This document shows positions 43,569-50,968 of a stretch of DNA of 50,968 nucleotides, piece by piece; positions within the stretch are counted from its first letter, which is position 1, and every line of letters begins with the position of its first letter. Source of the stretch: a virus (lineage: Duplodnaviria; Caudoviricetes). The DNA is taken from positions 1 through 50,968 of IMG/VR virus record IMGVR_UViG_3300020711_000014. One strand, 5' to 3'. The translations under genes were made by a program, and so were the position numbers. The notes beneath the pieces were generated by a model. It searched no databases, was not told the DNA's origin, and worked only from the letters and a program-made list of their open reading frames with translations.

Positions 43569-43689
43569 GGGGGAAATAATCGGCTCGCGAAAGTGGATAC
43601 ACAAGTAAGCCTTGTCCAAAGCGGGAAGCCTAACATCCTAGGAAAAATGGTTAGGTAGCAAGAGGATAGTAAACCGATTAAAGTACCCC
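43569..43689 (+). ncRNA. Structured RNA candidate B (multibranch)
   Basis: GGGG-GAAA-TAATCGG...CCGATTA-AAGTA-CCCC with internal hairpins. Confidence 0.55.
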
Positions 43690-43712
43690 ACCTAAATTAG
43701 AGGATTAGGATA

Positions 43713-43880
43713 ATGAGATTCATTATTGGATTTATTGCTAGTGCAATTTTATTAACTTTTACATGGTGGCTGGCTGGATATAACTTTGACCAACGAAATA
43801 TTGATGTTGCTTTTGGATTTGGTATGAGTGTAATTCTCAGCTTTATTGCTGGTATGGGTGCGGAAACCACTAAATACTAA
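43713..43880 (+). CDS. Two-TM membrane protein MRFIIGFIAS..., 55 aa
   Basis: Hand translation; AGGA RBS. Not in ORF track. Confidence 0.7.
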   Translation: MRFIIGFIASAILLTFTWWLAGYNFDQRNIDVAFGFGMSVILSFIAGMGAETTKY

Positions 43881-43894
43881 AAAGGATTAGGACA

Positions 43895-44230
43895 ATGATT
43901 GTAGATAACAAAGACGGTACATTTAGTATTAAACGCCTTACTGTATGGGAAATGTCCGCTGACGAAGTAAAGATTTTGCAAGAGCAAAATAAACAGCTTA
44001 AAGAGTTTGTTAAAGCAATATTAGTTCATGGCGGTGACGGCGTTGGTGATTGGGATGGCTATGAATTACAAGAGTTGGCAGTTAAATCAGGGCTGTTTAT
44101 AGAAAAGACAATGACCGAGCCATGTAATTTAGGTAAAGAAGAAACCGAAAGCTGTTTATGCCGCGAGTATTGCTATGGCGAAGAATCGTGGGAATGCTAC
44201 AGAATTAATAGATTCTTGTTGGAGGATTGA
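43895..44230 (+). CDS. Hypothetical protein with Cys cluster
   Basis: DGYELQELAVKSGL...PC...CLC...CYR. Confidence 0.75.
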   Translation: MIVDNKDGTFSIKRLTVWEMSADEVKILQEQNKQLKEFVKAILVHGGDGVGDWDGYELQELAVKSGLFIEKTMTEPCNLGKEETESCLCREYCYGEESWECYRINRFLLED

Positions 44231-46176
44231 TGTCAATTCTTTGGATTGACTTTGAAACCAAGTCCCGTTGTAACTTGTTAACGCGAGGCGTATACAACTA
44301 CGCGCAAGACATCTCTACGGAAGTCTTGTGTATGTCGTATGCGTTTGATGATAACGAAGTTATAACGTGGACGCCTGACATGCCGTTCCCAGAAGAAGTC
44401 ATGCGGCATGAAGGCATGATTTACGCTCACAATGCCGCGTTCGAGCGTCTTATCTTTTGGTATGTCTTGCAGGTCAATTTCAAGCTCGAGCAATTCTATT
44501 GCACCGCTACGCAAGCGCGAGCCAATTGCGCTCCCGGATCATTGGAAGATGTTGGTCGTTTTGCTGGCGCCTCGATGCGGAAGGATTTCAGAGGATCTCA
44601 ACTGGTTCGCGCTCTATCTATTCCGCAATCGGATGGAACATTTAATAATGATCCTGAATTGATGAAAGAAATGATTGAGTACTGCGAGCAGGACGTTCGA
44701 GTGATGCGAAACATTAGCAAACTGATGCGTCCATTATCAAAGGAAGAATTAGATGATTACCATATCAACGAGCGCATTAATGATAAGGGCGTATTGGTCG
44801 ACGTATCACTTGCCCAAGCTGCTATGTTGTACTCGGAAGAAGAGATCGCGGAAGTACAAAAGCTTGTCGTTGAAATTACCGAAGGCGAAATCACCTCTGT
44901 ACGTTCTCCCAAGATGCGGGAGTGGGTTCAGTCGCGGGTTGGTAGCGAAGCGCTCAAGCTCATGGAGAGCTATAAAGAGGGTCGAAAAAAGTATTCAATC
45001 GACAAGAATGTACGAAATACTCTCCTCGCTTTTGCAGACGAAAACCCAGACGAAGTTCCGCCGCATGTAGCCGATGTTATTCAATGTGCCGATGATTTGT
45101 GGGCATCTTCAGTAGCGAAGTTTCAGCGTATGGTGAACTTGGCTGACATCGAGGATCACCGCGTTCGTGGTGCCTTTATGTTTAACGGCGGTTCAGCTAC
45201 GGGAAGGGCTTCTAGCTTTGGGCTACAGGTGCATAACTTTACTCGTAAATGTGCTAAGAACCCTGAAGCTGTTCGCGCTGCGATGGTTAAAGGCGACGAT
45301 ATTGTGCCGCAATATGGTAAAAGAGTGACCGATGTGCTAAAAGGAATGTTGCGTCCAGCGATTGTTCCATCTAAGGGTAAATACTTAGTAGTGGCAGACT
45401 GGGCAGGTATTGAGGCACGATGCAATCCGTGGTTATCTAACAAACCTCAAGCCGAAGAAGTCCTCGATATTTTTAGGACTGGAAAGGATATTTATGTTCG
45501 AGAAGCTGCGGGAATTTTCCATTGTGATGAAGCAGACATTACGCCTGATCGCAGACAGATTGGCAAGGTCGCTATTCTTTCATGTGGTTATGGTGGTGGT
45601 ATTGGTGCTTTTGCTGCGATGGGTCGTAACTATGGTGTGGTTCTACCCGAATCTGACGCCAAGCGAACGGTGGATGCGTGGCGTAGGGCAAACCAGTGGG
45701 CGGTGCATTACTGGCAGGAACTTGAGTCAGCCTATACCCGTGCAATGCGTAATCCGGGTTACGAATTTTCTGCGGGTCGAGTAACTTATCTATATGACAC
45801 ACAACATCTTTGGTACGCACTTCCAAGTGGGCGCGTGTTATGCTATCCATATGCGCGCTTAGATGACGAGGGGATCTCCTACGCCAAAGCAGCGTGGAAA
45901 CCGGCTGCAATGGCTACAGAATGGGCGAGAGCTAGACTCTGGAAAGGGCTTGCTTGCGAGAATATTACGCAAGCTGTTGCCAATGATATTCTCCGCAATT
46001 CGCTACGACGATTAGATAACGTGGTTTTGCACGTTCATGACGAAATAGTTATCGAAACTGATAGTCCAGAAGAAGTAAAATTACAGATGGAAAAAATTAT
46101 GTGCGAGCCACCCGTTTGGGGTCAGGGCTTACCCTTAGACGTAGAAGTAAACATTATGACAAGGTACGGAAAGTAG
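44230..46176 (+). CDS. DNA polymerase family A (APSE/Bcep-type)
   Basis: Exo DFET, HNAAFE, YCEQD; TGR; motif A DWAGIEAR; motif B RQIGKVAILSCGYG; motif C HVHDE. Confidence 0.95.
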   Translation: MSILWIDFETKSRCNLLTRGVYNYAQDISTEVLCMSYAFDDNEVITWTPDMPFPEEVMRHEGMIYAHNAAFERLIFWYVLQVNFKLEQFYCTATQARANCAPGSLEDVGRFAGASMRKDFRGSQLVRALSIPQSDGTFNNDPELMKEMIEYCEQDVRVMRNISKLMRPLSKEELDDYHINERINDKGVLVDVSLAQAAMLYSEEEIAEVQKLVVEITEGEITSVRSPKMREWVQSRVGSEALKLMESYKEGRKKYSIDKNVRNTLLAFADENPDEVPPHVADVIQCADDLWASSVAKFQRMVNLADIEDHRVRGAFMFNGGSATGRASSFGLQVHNFTRKCAKNPEAVRAAMVKGDDIVPQYGKRVTDVLKGMLRPAIVPSKGKYLVVADWAGIEARCNPWLSNKPQAEEVLDIFRTGKDIYVREAAGIFHCDEADITPDRRQIGKVAILSCGYGGGIGAFAAMGRNYGVVLPESDAKRTVDAWRRANQWAVHYWQELESAYTRAMRNPGYEFSAGRVTYLYDTQHLWYALPSGRVLCYPYARLDDEGISYAKAAWKPAAMATEWARARLWKGLACENITQAVANDILRNSLRRLDNVVLHVHDEIVIETDSPEEVKLQMEKIMCEPPVWGQGLPLDVEVNIMTRYGK

Positions 46177-46202
46177 TAAACTGTCCGTCCAATAAAGCGA
46201 AA

Positions 46203-46230
46203 AAGTCTGAACCCTTATGAGATTCAGACT
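46203..46230 (+). promoter_or_regulatory. Hairpin upstream of primase gene
   Basis: AGTCTGAA...TTCAGACT inverted repeat. Confidence 0.45.
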
Positions 46231-46257
46231 ATTTCTAACCAATAACTAGAGGATTAA

Positions 46258-48597
46258 ATGGCTGCCAAAATAATATCACAAATTGACTTTATTGAATATT
46301 TAGCAAAACTCCCAGCAGAAGGTGAAACACTACTTTTAGTTCAGCAAAAGCCTGTTAAGAAAGAAGGTAAACCTGTTCTGCATAACGATGGGACACCGAA
46401 GTACACTTGGTTGCCTTCATTGCCAACTAAGGTAAAACCCGATACCGCGTTGTATGTCAACACGGGTAGTTTTATTATTGATCGCTTCGAAGGCGGCAAG
46501 TTATCGGCGTCATCTGCCAACTGCGAGCATGTGCTGTTTTTGATGTTAGACGACATCGGAACCAAGTCTAAGACACCGCCGTTAGAACCTACATGGAAGA
46601 TCGAAACGTCCCCCGGCAATCAGCAGTGGGGCTACATATTTGACTTTGATAACCAGCCATCCAAGGGTGAGTTCACCGCTGCAATCACCGCTATTGCTGC
46701 CGCTGGATACACCGATGGCGGAGCCACCAATGCAGTGCGTAACGTGCGTGTCCCCGGCTCAATTAACTTGAAGGCTGGTAAAGATAACTTTGCTGCCAAA
46801 TTATTAGAATTTCATGCCGAGCGTGAGTTTACGCTTGAGCAAATCTGCGACGCGCTGGGGGTTGTGCCGAATGATGCAGACACAGCCTCCATGCAGCGTA
46901 TCGCGCTCACCGACGACGGTGACGATGACATCTTGCAGTGGATTTCCGATAACGGCATGTTGCTCGAGAAAGCCAACGGTGCTGGTTGGTACGGTATTGT
47001 TTGCCCTAACAGCGGCGAGCATAGTGATAACAATCCAATGGCTCGCTATCATCCTGTCAATCGCGCGTTCTGCTGCTATCACGAACATTGCCAGACGTTT
47101 GACTCGGCGGCTTACCTCGAGTGGGCAGCAGAGAACGGCGCACCCAAACACCAGCCCGGAGTTCGCTCCGAGCTATTAACAGAAAAGATGGCAAAAGCTT
47201 TAGAGCTCATTACGCCAACGGCTATGTTCTCCGATACTTCCAAAATCATTGCTGAAGTAGAGCGGAAAGAACTAGCAAGAATAGAAAAGGAAGAGTGGTA
47301 TGAGCGATTCGCGTATGTCCAAGATGACGACGCATACTTTGATCTTGTTGAAAGACGGGAGATCTCTCGAGGCACGTTTAACGCAATATTTCGACACATT
47401 AATTGCCGATCAGTTCATACAGGACGCAAGATCGAAGCCTCAGTCTGCTACGATGAGAACAGACAAGCTCACAATGCCAAAGCTGTAGTCGGCATTACCT
47501 ACGCTGCTGGTGAGTCCGTGCTGGTTGGGCGCGAAGGCGACATTTACGGCAATCGTTGGGTTGATGCTAGACCTAACGTCGAGGACGTAGAAGTACAAGA
47601 TATTTCCCTATGGGAAGAGTTGATCGAGCGCCTTGTGCCAGACGAGCATGACCGCAACCACCTGCTTGACATCATGGCGTTCAAGTTGCAGAACCCACAG
47701 ATCAAGATCAACCACGCAGTGTTGCATGTTGGCGATGAAGGTTGCGGTAAGGACACCATGTGGGCGCCGTTTATCTGGTCAGTGTGTGGCGCGCGTTTAA
47801 AGAACCGCGGTTACATGGATAGCGACTCTTTGCACTCGCAGTGGGGTTATGACCTTGAGTCAGAGATCCTGATTATTAATGAGTTGAAAGAACCGGACGC
47901 AGCAGCTCGCCGTGCATTAGCAAACAAACTCAAGCCAATTATTGCGGCGCCACCTGAAATGCTGAACATCAACCGTAAGGGTTTACACCCATACCAAATG
48001 GCTAACAGGCTATTTGTACTGGCATTCTCGAACGAGCAAATTCCCATCAGTTTGGCGTCGCAAGATCGTCGTTGGTTTGCTATCTCATCAAACGCCCCTC
48101 GTATGGAAAACCACGAAGGTAAAGCTATCTGGGATTGGTATTTAGCTGGGGGCTTTGGGCAAATAGCTGCGTTCTTGTGGGATCGCGATGTATCGAAGTT
48201 CAATCCGGGCGCTGTACCGGGCATGACTGAGTTCAAGATGAACTTGATCGAGCATGGTAGGTCAATGGCTGAGTCATTCATTGTGGAAATGCTTCACAAA
48301 CGTACTGGCGAGTTTGCCCGTGGAGTCATTGGCTCACCCTTCCATGTTGTCTGTGACAAGCTAGCGAGCGTAGCGCCATCAGGAACCAAAGTACCCCAAA
48401 GCGCTTTGCTTCACGCACTCAAAGAGGCGGGCTGGATTGACATGGGGCGGATTGCTTCAGCCGACTACCCCAACAAGAAGCATATCTTTGTAGCCCCTGA
48501 TGTGCGGGATCAATACAATAAATCGGAACTTCGGCGTATGATTGAAGTACCACCAGAGCCAAAAGCGGTGGTATTGGATATGAAACGGAGCGCATAA
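46258..48597 (+). CDS. Primase-helicase (RepB-type primase, Zn-binding region, DUF5906/SF3-like helicase)
   Basis: LDD, IETSPGNQQWGY, R.PGS.N; CP...H...C.H.HC; GDEGCGKD; INE; DRRW. Confidence 0.9.
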   Translation: MAAKIISQIDFIEYLAKLPAEGETLLLVQQKPVKKEGKPVLHNDGTPKYTWLPSLPTKVKPDTALYVNTGSFIIDRFEGGKLSASSANCEHVLFLMLDDIGTKSKTPPLEPTWKIETSPGNQQWGYIFDFDNQPSKGEFTAAITAIAAAGYTDGGATNAVRNVRVPGSINLKAGKDNFAAKLLEFHAEREFTLEQICDALGVVPNDADTASMQRIALTDDGDDDILQWISDNGMLLEKANGAGWYGIVCPNSGEHSDNNPMARYHPVNRAFCCYHEHCQTFDSAAYLEWAAENGAPKHQPGVRSELLTEKMAKALELITPTAMFSDTSKIIAEVERKELARIEKEEWYERFAYVQDDDAYFDLVERREISRGTFNAIFRHINCRSVHTGRKIEASVCYDENRQAHNAKAVVGITYAAGESVLVGREGDIYGNRWVDARPNVEDVEVQDISLWEELIERLVPDEHDRNHLLDIMAFKLQNPQIKINHAVLHVGDEGCGKDTMWAPFIWSVCGARLKNRGYMDSDSLHSQWGYDLESEILIINELKEPDAAARRALANKLKPIIAAPPEMLNINRKGLHPYQMANRLFVLAFSNEQIPISLASQDRRWFAISSNAPRMENHEGKAIWDWYLAGGFGQIAAFLWDRDVSKFNPGAVPGMTEFKMNLIEHGRSMAESFIVEMLHKRTGEFARGVIGSPFHVVCDKLASVAPSGTKVPQSALLHALKEAGWIDMGRIASADYPNKKHIFVAPDVRDQYNKSELRRMIEVPPEPKAVVLDMKRSA

Positions 48598-48773
48598 TGA
48601 CTCAAGAAGAACTGTTTGATTTGAGCGAAGAGGCAGGGTTTAATGCACTAGAGATTATCTCTGCCGAACCAGAGCTGATGAAGTTAGCCGAGCTCATTGA
48701 GGGCAGAGCCATTACGCGTTTGCTGTCAGCGCCTGAAGGTTATGTTATGTATACCCCATGTAGGTTACACTAG
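48597..48773 (+). CDS. Hypothetical protein MTQEELFDLS..., 58 aa
   Basis: Hand translation; GGAG RBS; TAATG coupling. Confidence 0.65.
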   Translation: MTQEELFDLSEEAGFNALEIISAEPELMKLAELIEGRAITRLLSAPEGYVMYTPCRLH

Positions 48774-48817
48774 GGTACCTTAAGCGCTTAGGTTTAGCAT
48801 TTTTCGCGGACAATAAT

Positions 48818-48979
48818 ATGAACAAACCAACTCGTAACGATTCTGGAGCCGTGAAGTTTACGCTGTCAAAAGCAGCTAAAGCTTTAGGCACAAAGGGCGG
48901 GCATGTATCCTCCCCTGCCAAAACTCAAGCTGTACAAAAGAATGGTGCCTTGGGCGGACGCCCTACCAAAGCAAAATAG
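48818..48979 (+). CDS. Small basic protein (AAKALGTKGG..S.AK....NG..GGRP), 53 aa
   Basis: Hand translation; KGG/GGRP motif typical of small phage DNA-binding peptides. Confidence 0.7.
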   Translation: MNKPTRNDSGAVKFTLSKAAKALGTKGGHVSSPAKTQAVQKNGALGGRPTKAK

Positions 48980-48987
48980 TCCTCTTA

Positions 48988-49054
48988 GGGGCAAAAGCGG
49001 ATGCTATCAGCCGATTTAGTTCGCGCTTTAATGATAGACGCAGCGAGTAGCCCC
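48988..49054 (+). ncRNA. Structured RNA candidate C, followed by U tract
   Basis: GGGGC-AAAA-GC..TGCTATCA...TGATA..GCAGC-GAGTA-GCCCC. Confidence 0.55.
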
Positions 49055-49061
49055 ACTTTTT

Positions 49062-49186
49062 TGTGTAATTTGTTACACATTGTCAGATTGCAGCGTGGTT
49101 TTTATACCACATGTCGTATAAATACCACACTTTGACCTAAAATCAATGACTTAGCGCGCATTCTTCAAGTTTTACATTAACTTTAC
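49062..49186. promoter_or_regulatory. Cluster of operator-like sites including an IHF consensus
   Basis: TGTGTAA-N4-TTACACA 49062; two GT(G/C)GT...ATACCAC sites; AATCAATGACTTA 49141-49153. Confidence 0.55.
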
Positions 49187-49456
49187 GCAAGCGCGCAAGC
49201 CGCCGCGCCCCGTTTTATAAGGGTTTATAGGGCGCGCCCCTGATACCATAAGGCGCGGGCGCGTATATCGCGCCGGTATATATCCGAATTTTTAAAGGGC
49301 GCAAGGGATCGCGCAAGGCGCGCGGCTTGCGAATAGAGCACGGGGCGCCATTCTCGCCAATAACCCGCGCGCCTGATAACGCGCCCGATATTCGCGACAA
49401 TAGCCCGCCGGATAGCCGCTAGCGTATAGCTAGGGGCTAGGGGCTAATAATAGATA

Positions 49457-49479
49457 GCCGCCTTATGGCGGCGCTTTTT
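49457..49479. terminator. Hairpin terminator at end of early operon (possibly bidirectional)
   Basis: GCCGCC-TTAT-GGCGGC with flanking T tract. Confidence 0.6.
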
Positions 49480-49481
49480 AA

Positions 49482-49646
49482 TCAGTATCTTTCAAAGGTG
49501 CATAGATCATATTGCCCAAAATAAAACCACCGGGCGGGGTTTTCGGCTAGCGCTGCCGTCCTATTTGATCGCTTAATATAGCGGGTGCCGTTACAGTAAA
49601 ACGCGCCGCCCTTGCATAGGTTTTTAAAAATGTAGTATTTGCTCAT
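49482..49646 (-). CDS. Early hypothetical protein MSKYYIFKNL...
   Basis: GAGGATTAAACAAAATG cassette. Confidence 0.7.
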   Translation of the reverse strand: MSKYYIFKNLCKGGAFYCNGTRYIKRSNRTAALAENPARWFYFGQYDLCTFERY

Positions 49647-49684
49647 TTTGTTTAATCCTCTATTGCCGGTCAAAATTAACCGCC

Positions 49685-49709
49685 AAAAAACCCCGCGCAA
49701 GGCGGGGCG
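49685..49709 (-). terminator. Rho-independent terminator
   Basis: Minus strand CCCCGC-CTT-GCGCGGGG then T6. Confidence 0.65.
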
Positions 49710-49726
49710 TTTTAACTGGTAATTTA

Positions 49727-49912
49727 TTATGGGGTTAAATGGTTTTGGCTTAAAAATTGGCTTACATATTCGGCGGTAGATTGCCCCCTATAACTAGGAA
49801 AACCGCGCCCGCTAATATTGTTCCAGCGCCTTTTATAACTACTCATTAACTTTTTAATTTCCTTGCTTTCTACCATTCCTTGATCCGCTACTAATTCGCT
49901 TAATGTTTTCAT
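49727..49912 (-). CDS. Early hypothetical protein MKTLSELVAD...
   Basis: Same RBS cassette. Confidence 0.7.
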   Translation of the reverse strand: MKTLSELVADQGMVESKEIKKLMSSYKRRWNNISGRGFPSYRGQSTAEYVSQFLSQNHLTP

Positions 49913-49917
49913 TTTGT

Positions 49918-50205
49918 TTAATCCTCTATAAAAGTAAAATCCACAATATCCCCGCAAGCGATCCACAATAGGCGCTCTAGGTTATCGGCATGGTTTGATA
50001 ATTCGGCATAGCTCCAGCCGCCATACTCTTGCAAGGCGTCGGCTACTAGCTTAGGGCTAAAAGCTAATAGCTGGCGGCTAATAGCCGGATCGCGGCTCAA
50101 TTCGAAAATGTCATTATCACAAGCGCCCGAATGATAGCCGCGCCGCGCTTGCTCCAGTGTTAATTGCAGCTCTAGCCGCCCGCTTGAATCTGTCCAAAAT
50201 TCCAT
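49918..50205 (-). CDS. Early hypothetical protein
   Basis: 95 aa; AAGGGG RBS. Confidence 0.8.
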   Translation of the reverse strand: MEFWTDSSGRLELQLTLEQARRGYHSGACDNDIFELSRDPAISRQLLAFSPKLVADALQEYGGWSYAELSNHADNLERLLWIACGDIVDFTFIED

Positions 50206-50217
50206 TTTTAACCCCTT

Positions 50218-50436
50218 TTAAATTTTTGCCTCTTGTTTTAATAATTCGCTTAATTGCTGCCTTAAAAATATAACAGTGTCCCATTCGGCGTTATCGCGCC
50301 CCCGTGCTCTTTCTTGATTTGTTAATTTATCCTGATACCAATAGAGCGCCCGCGTGATTGCTAAAAATTCCTCTGAATCTAGGCTAATAGAAAATCTATT
50401 AGTGTCTATATCGTTTTTTAAGTTAATCATTTTCAC
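50218..50436 (-). CDS. Early hypothetical protein
   Basis: 72 aa; GGAGG RBS. Confidence 0.75.
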   Translation of the reverse strand: MKMINLKNDIDTNRFSISLDSEEFLAITRALYWYQDKLTNQERARGRDNAEWDTVIFLRQQLSELLKQEAKI

Positions 50437-50672
50437 CTCCCAATTAAAGTTACATCGGCGCTATCGTGATCCCATTCGGCGTGATCCTCTGATTCCCAAT
50501 AGGGCTGGACGTCCCCGTTATATTCAATTTTTCCGGCTCGCATAGCTAATTCGAATAATGGCGGCTCGTTTAATATTTCCGTTAATTGGCGCTCGCTTTC
50601 GGCGTCTATTACTAAGCCGACGCGCTGCCATACTGTTATTTTTTCGTCCGTATAAATTCTAAATTTAGGCAT
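50433..50672 (-). CDS. Early hypothetical protein MPKFRIYTDEK...
   Basis: Start reassigned; second allele at 1-98. Confidence 0.8.
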   Translation of the reverse strand: MPKFRIYTDEKITVWQRVGLVIDAESERQLTEILNEPPLFELAMRAGKIEYNGDVQPYWESEDHAEWDHDSADVTLIGR

Positions 50673-50676
50673 TTTC

Positions 50677-50880
50677 CTAAAGCCCCCTTGCATTGTCTAA
50701 AATGTCATACTCATGTTTTAATTCTGATTCGCTCATATTTGCTAAACCCTTAAACCCAAATAAAATAAGATCATGTAAAGTGTTATCGTTATAGGCGCTA
50801 TCGTTATAACAATTATCCAGTGTCATGTTTAATACATCTTTTATAAGATTTTCCCGCGTTAATTTTTCTAAATTAGGCAT
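50677..50880 (-). CDS. Accessory early protein MPNLEKL..., absent from the allele at 1-140
   Basis: 67 aa; flanked by AAGGGGG...GAAAATGCCTAA repeats. Confidence 0.8.
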   Translation of the reverse strand: MPNLEKLTRENLIKDVLNMTLDNCYNDSAYNDNTLHDLILFGFKGLANMSESELKHEYDILDNARGL

Positions 50881-50968
50881 TTTCCAAAACCCCCCTTATT
50901 GAATTGATATCGGCGCATAATTGCCCTAAGTTATAAATAGAGCCGAAAACAATCCCGCCGCCATATTG

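Noticed and set aside
49215-49400. 61-aa minus-strand ORF
   Set aside because: Non-ATG start, no RBS, downstream of a terminator, in GC-rich low-complexity DNA.
50914-50968. Biological terminal repeat
   Set aside because: Exactly 55 bp and mid-gene; better explained as assembler k-mer overlap. Physical ends are unknown.
1-50968. Integrase, CI-type repressor, DGR/reverse transcriptase, rRNA or stop-codon recoding
   Set aside because: No recognisable motifs; genes translate intact with the standard code and use all three stop codons.

Overview
The window is an apparently complete tailed dsDNA phage genome of about 50.8 kb. The last 55 nt (50914-50968) repeat 141-195, and 1-140 is an alternative allele of the same junction. 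It has a contractile-tail (Bcep781/DUF1073-portal type) structural module and probably infects a Gram-negative host; a betaproteobacterium is an inference. Layout: leftward early region of small genes (49.5 kb through 0 to 2.1 kb); ~1 kb repeat-rich non-coding region; rightward late operon (terminase, portal, Nudix-fused head protein, capsid, sheath/tube, tape measure, baseplate, two paralogous fibres, three glycosyltransferase-type genes, lysis cassette with nested Rz/Rz1); leftward accessory/SNF2/HNH/VRR-NUC block; rightward replication block (Cas4-like exonuclease, SSB-like, PolA, primase-helicase). I recognised no integrase, repressor, tRNA or CRISPR array. Most notable signals: (1) a XerCD dif-like 28-bp site flanked by 7-bp-phased RGCY arrays that also overprint coding genes; (2) three non-coding blocks of unrelated operator-like palindromes with shared modules (possible transcription-factor decoy arrays); (3) three structured-RNA candidates sharing a GC clamp plus loop-E-like motif; (4) a Gly-X-Ser collagen-like fibre next to a glycosylation/methylation cassette; (5) modular early genes joined by repeated RBS-start cassettes, with one gene gain/loss captured in the assembly; (6) an unannotated phasin-like microprotein under a PhaR-like operator. 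All product calls come from recognising motifs by eye; no database searches were run.
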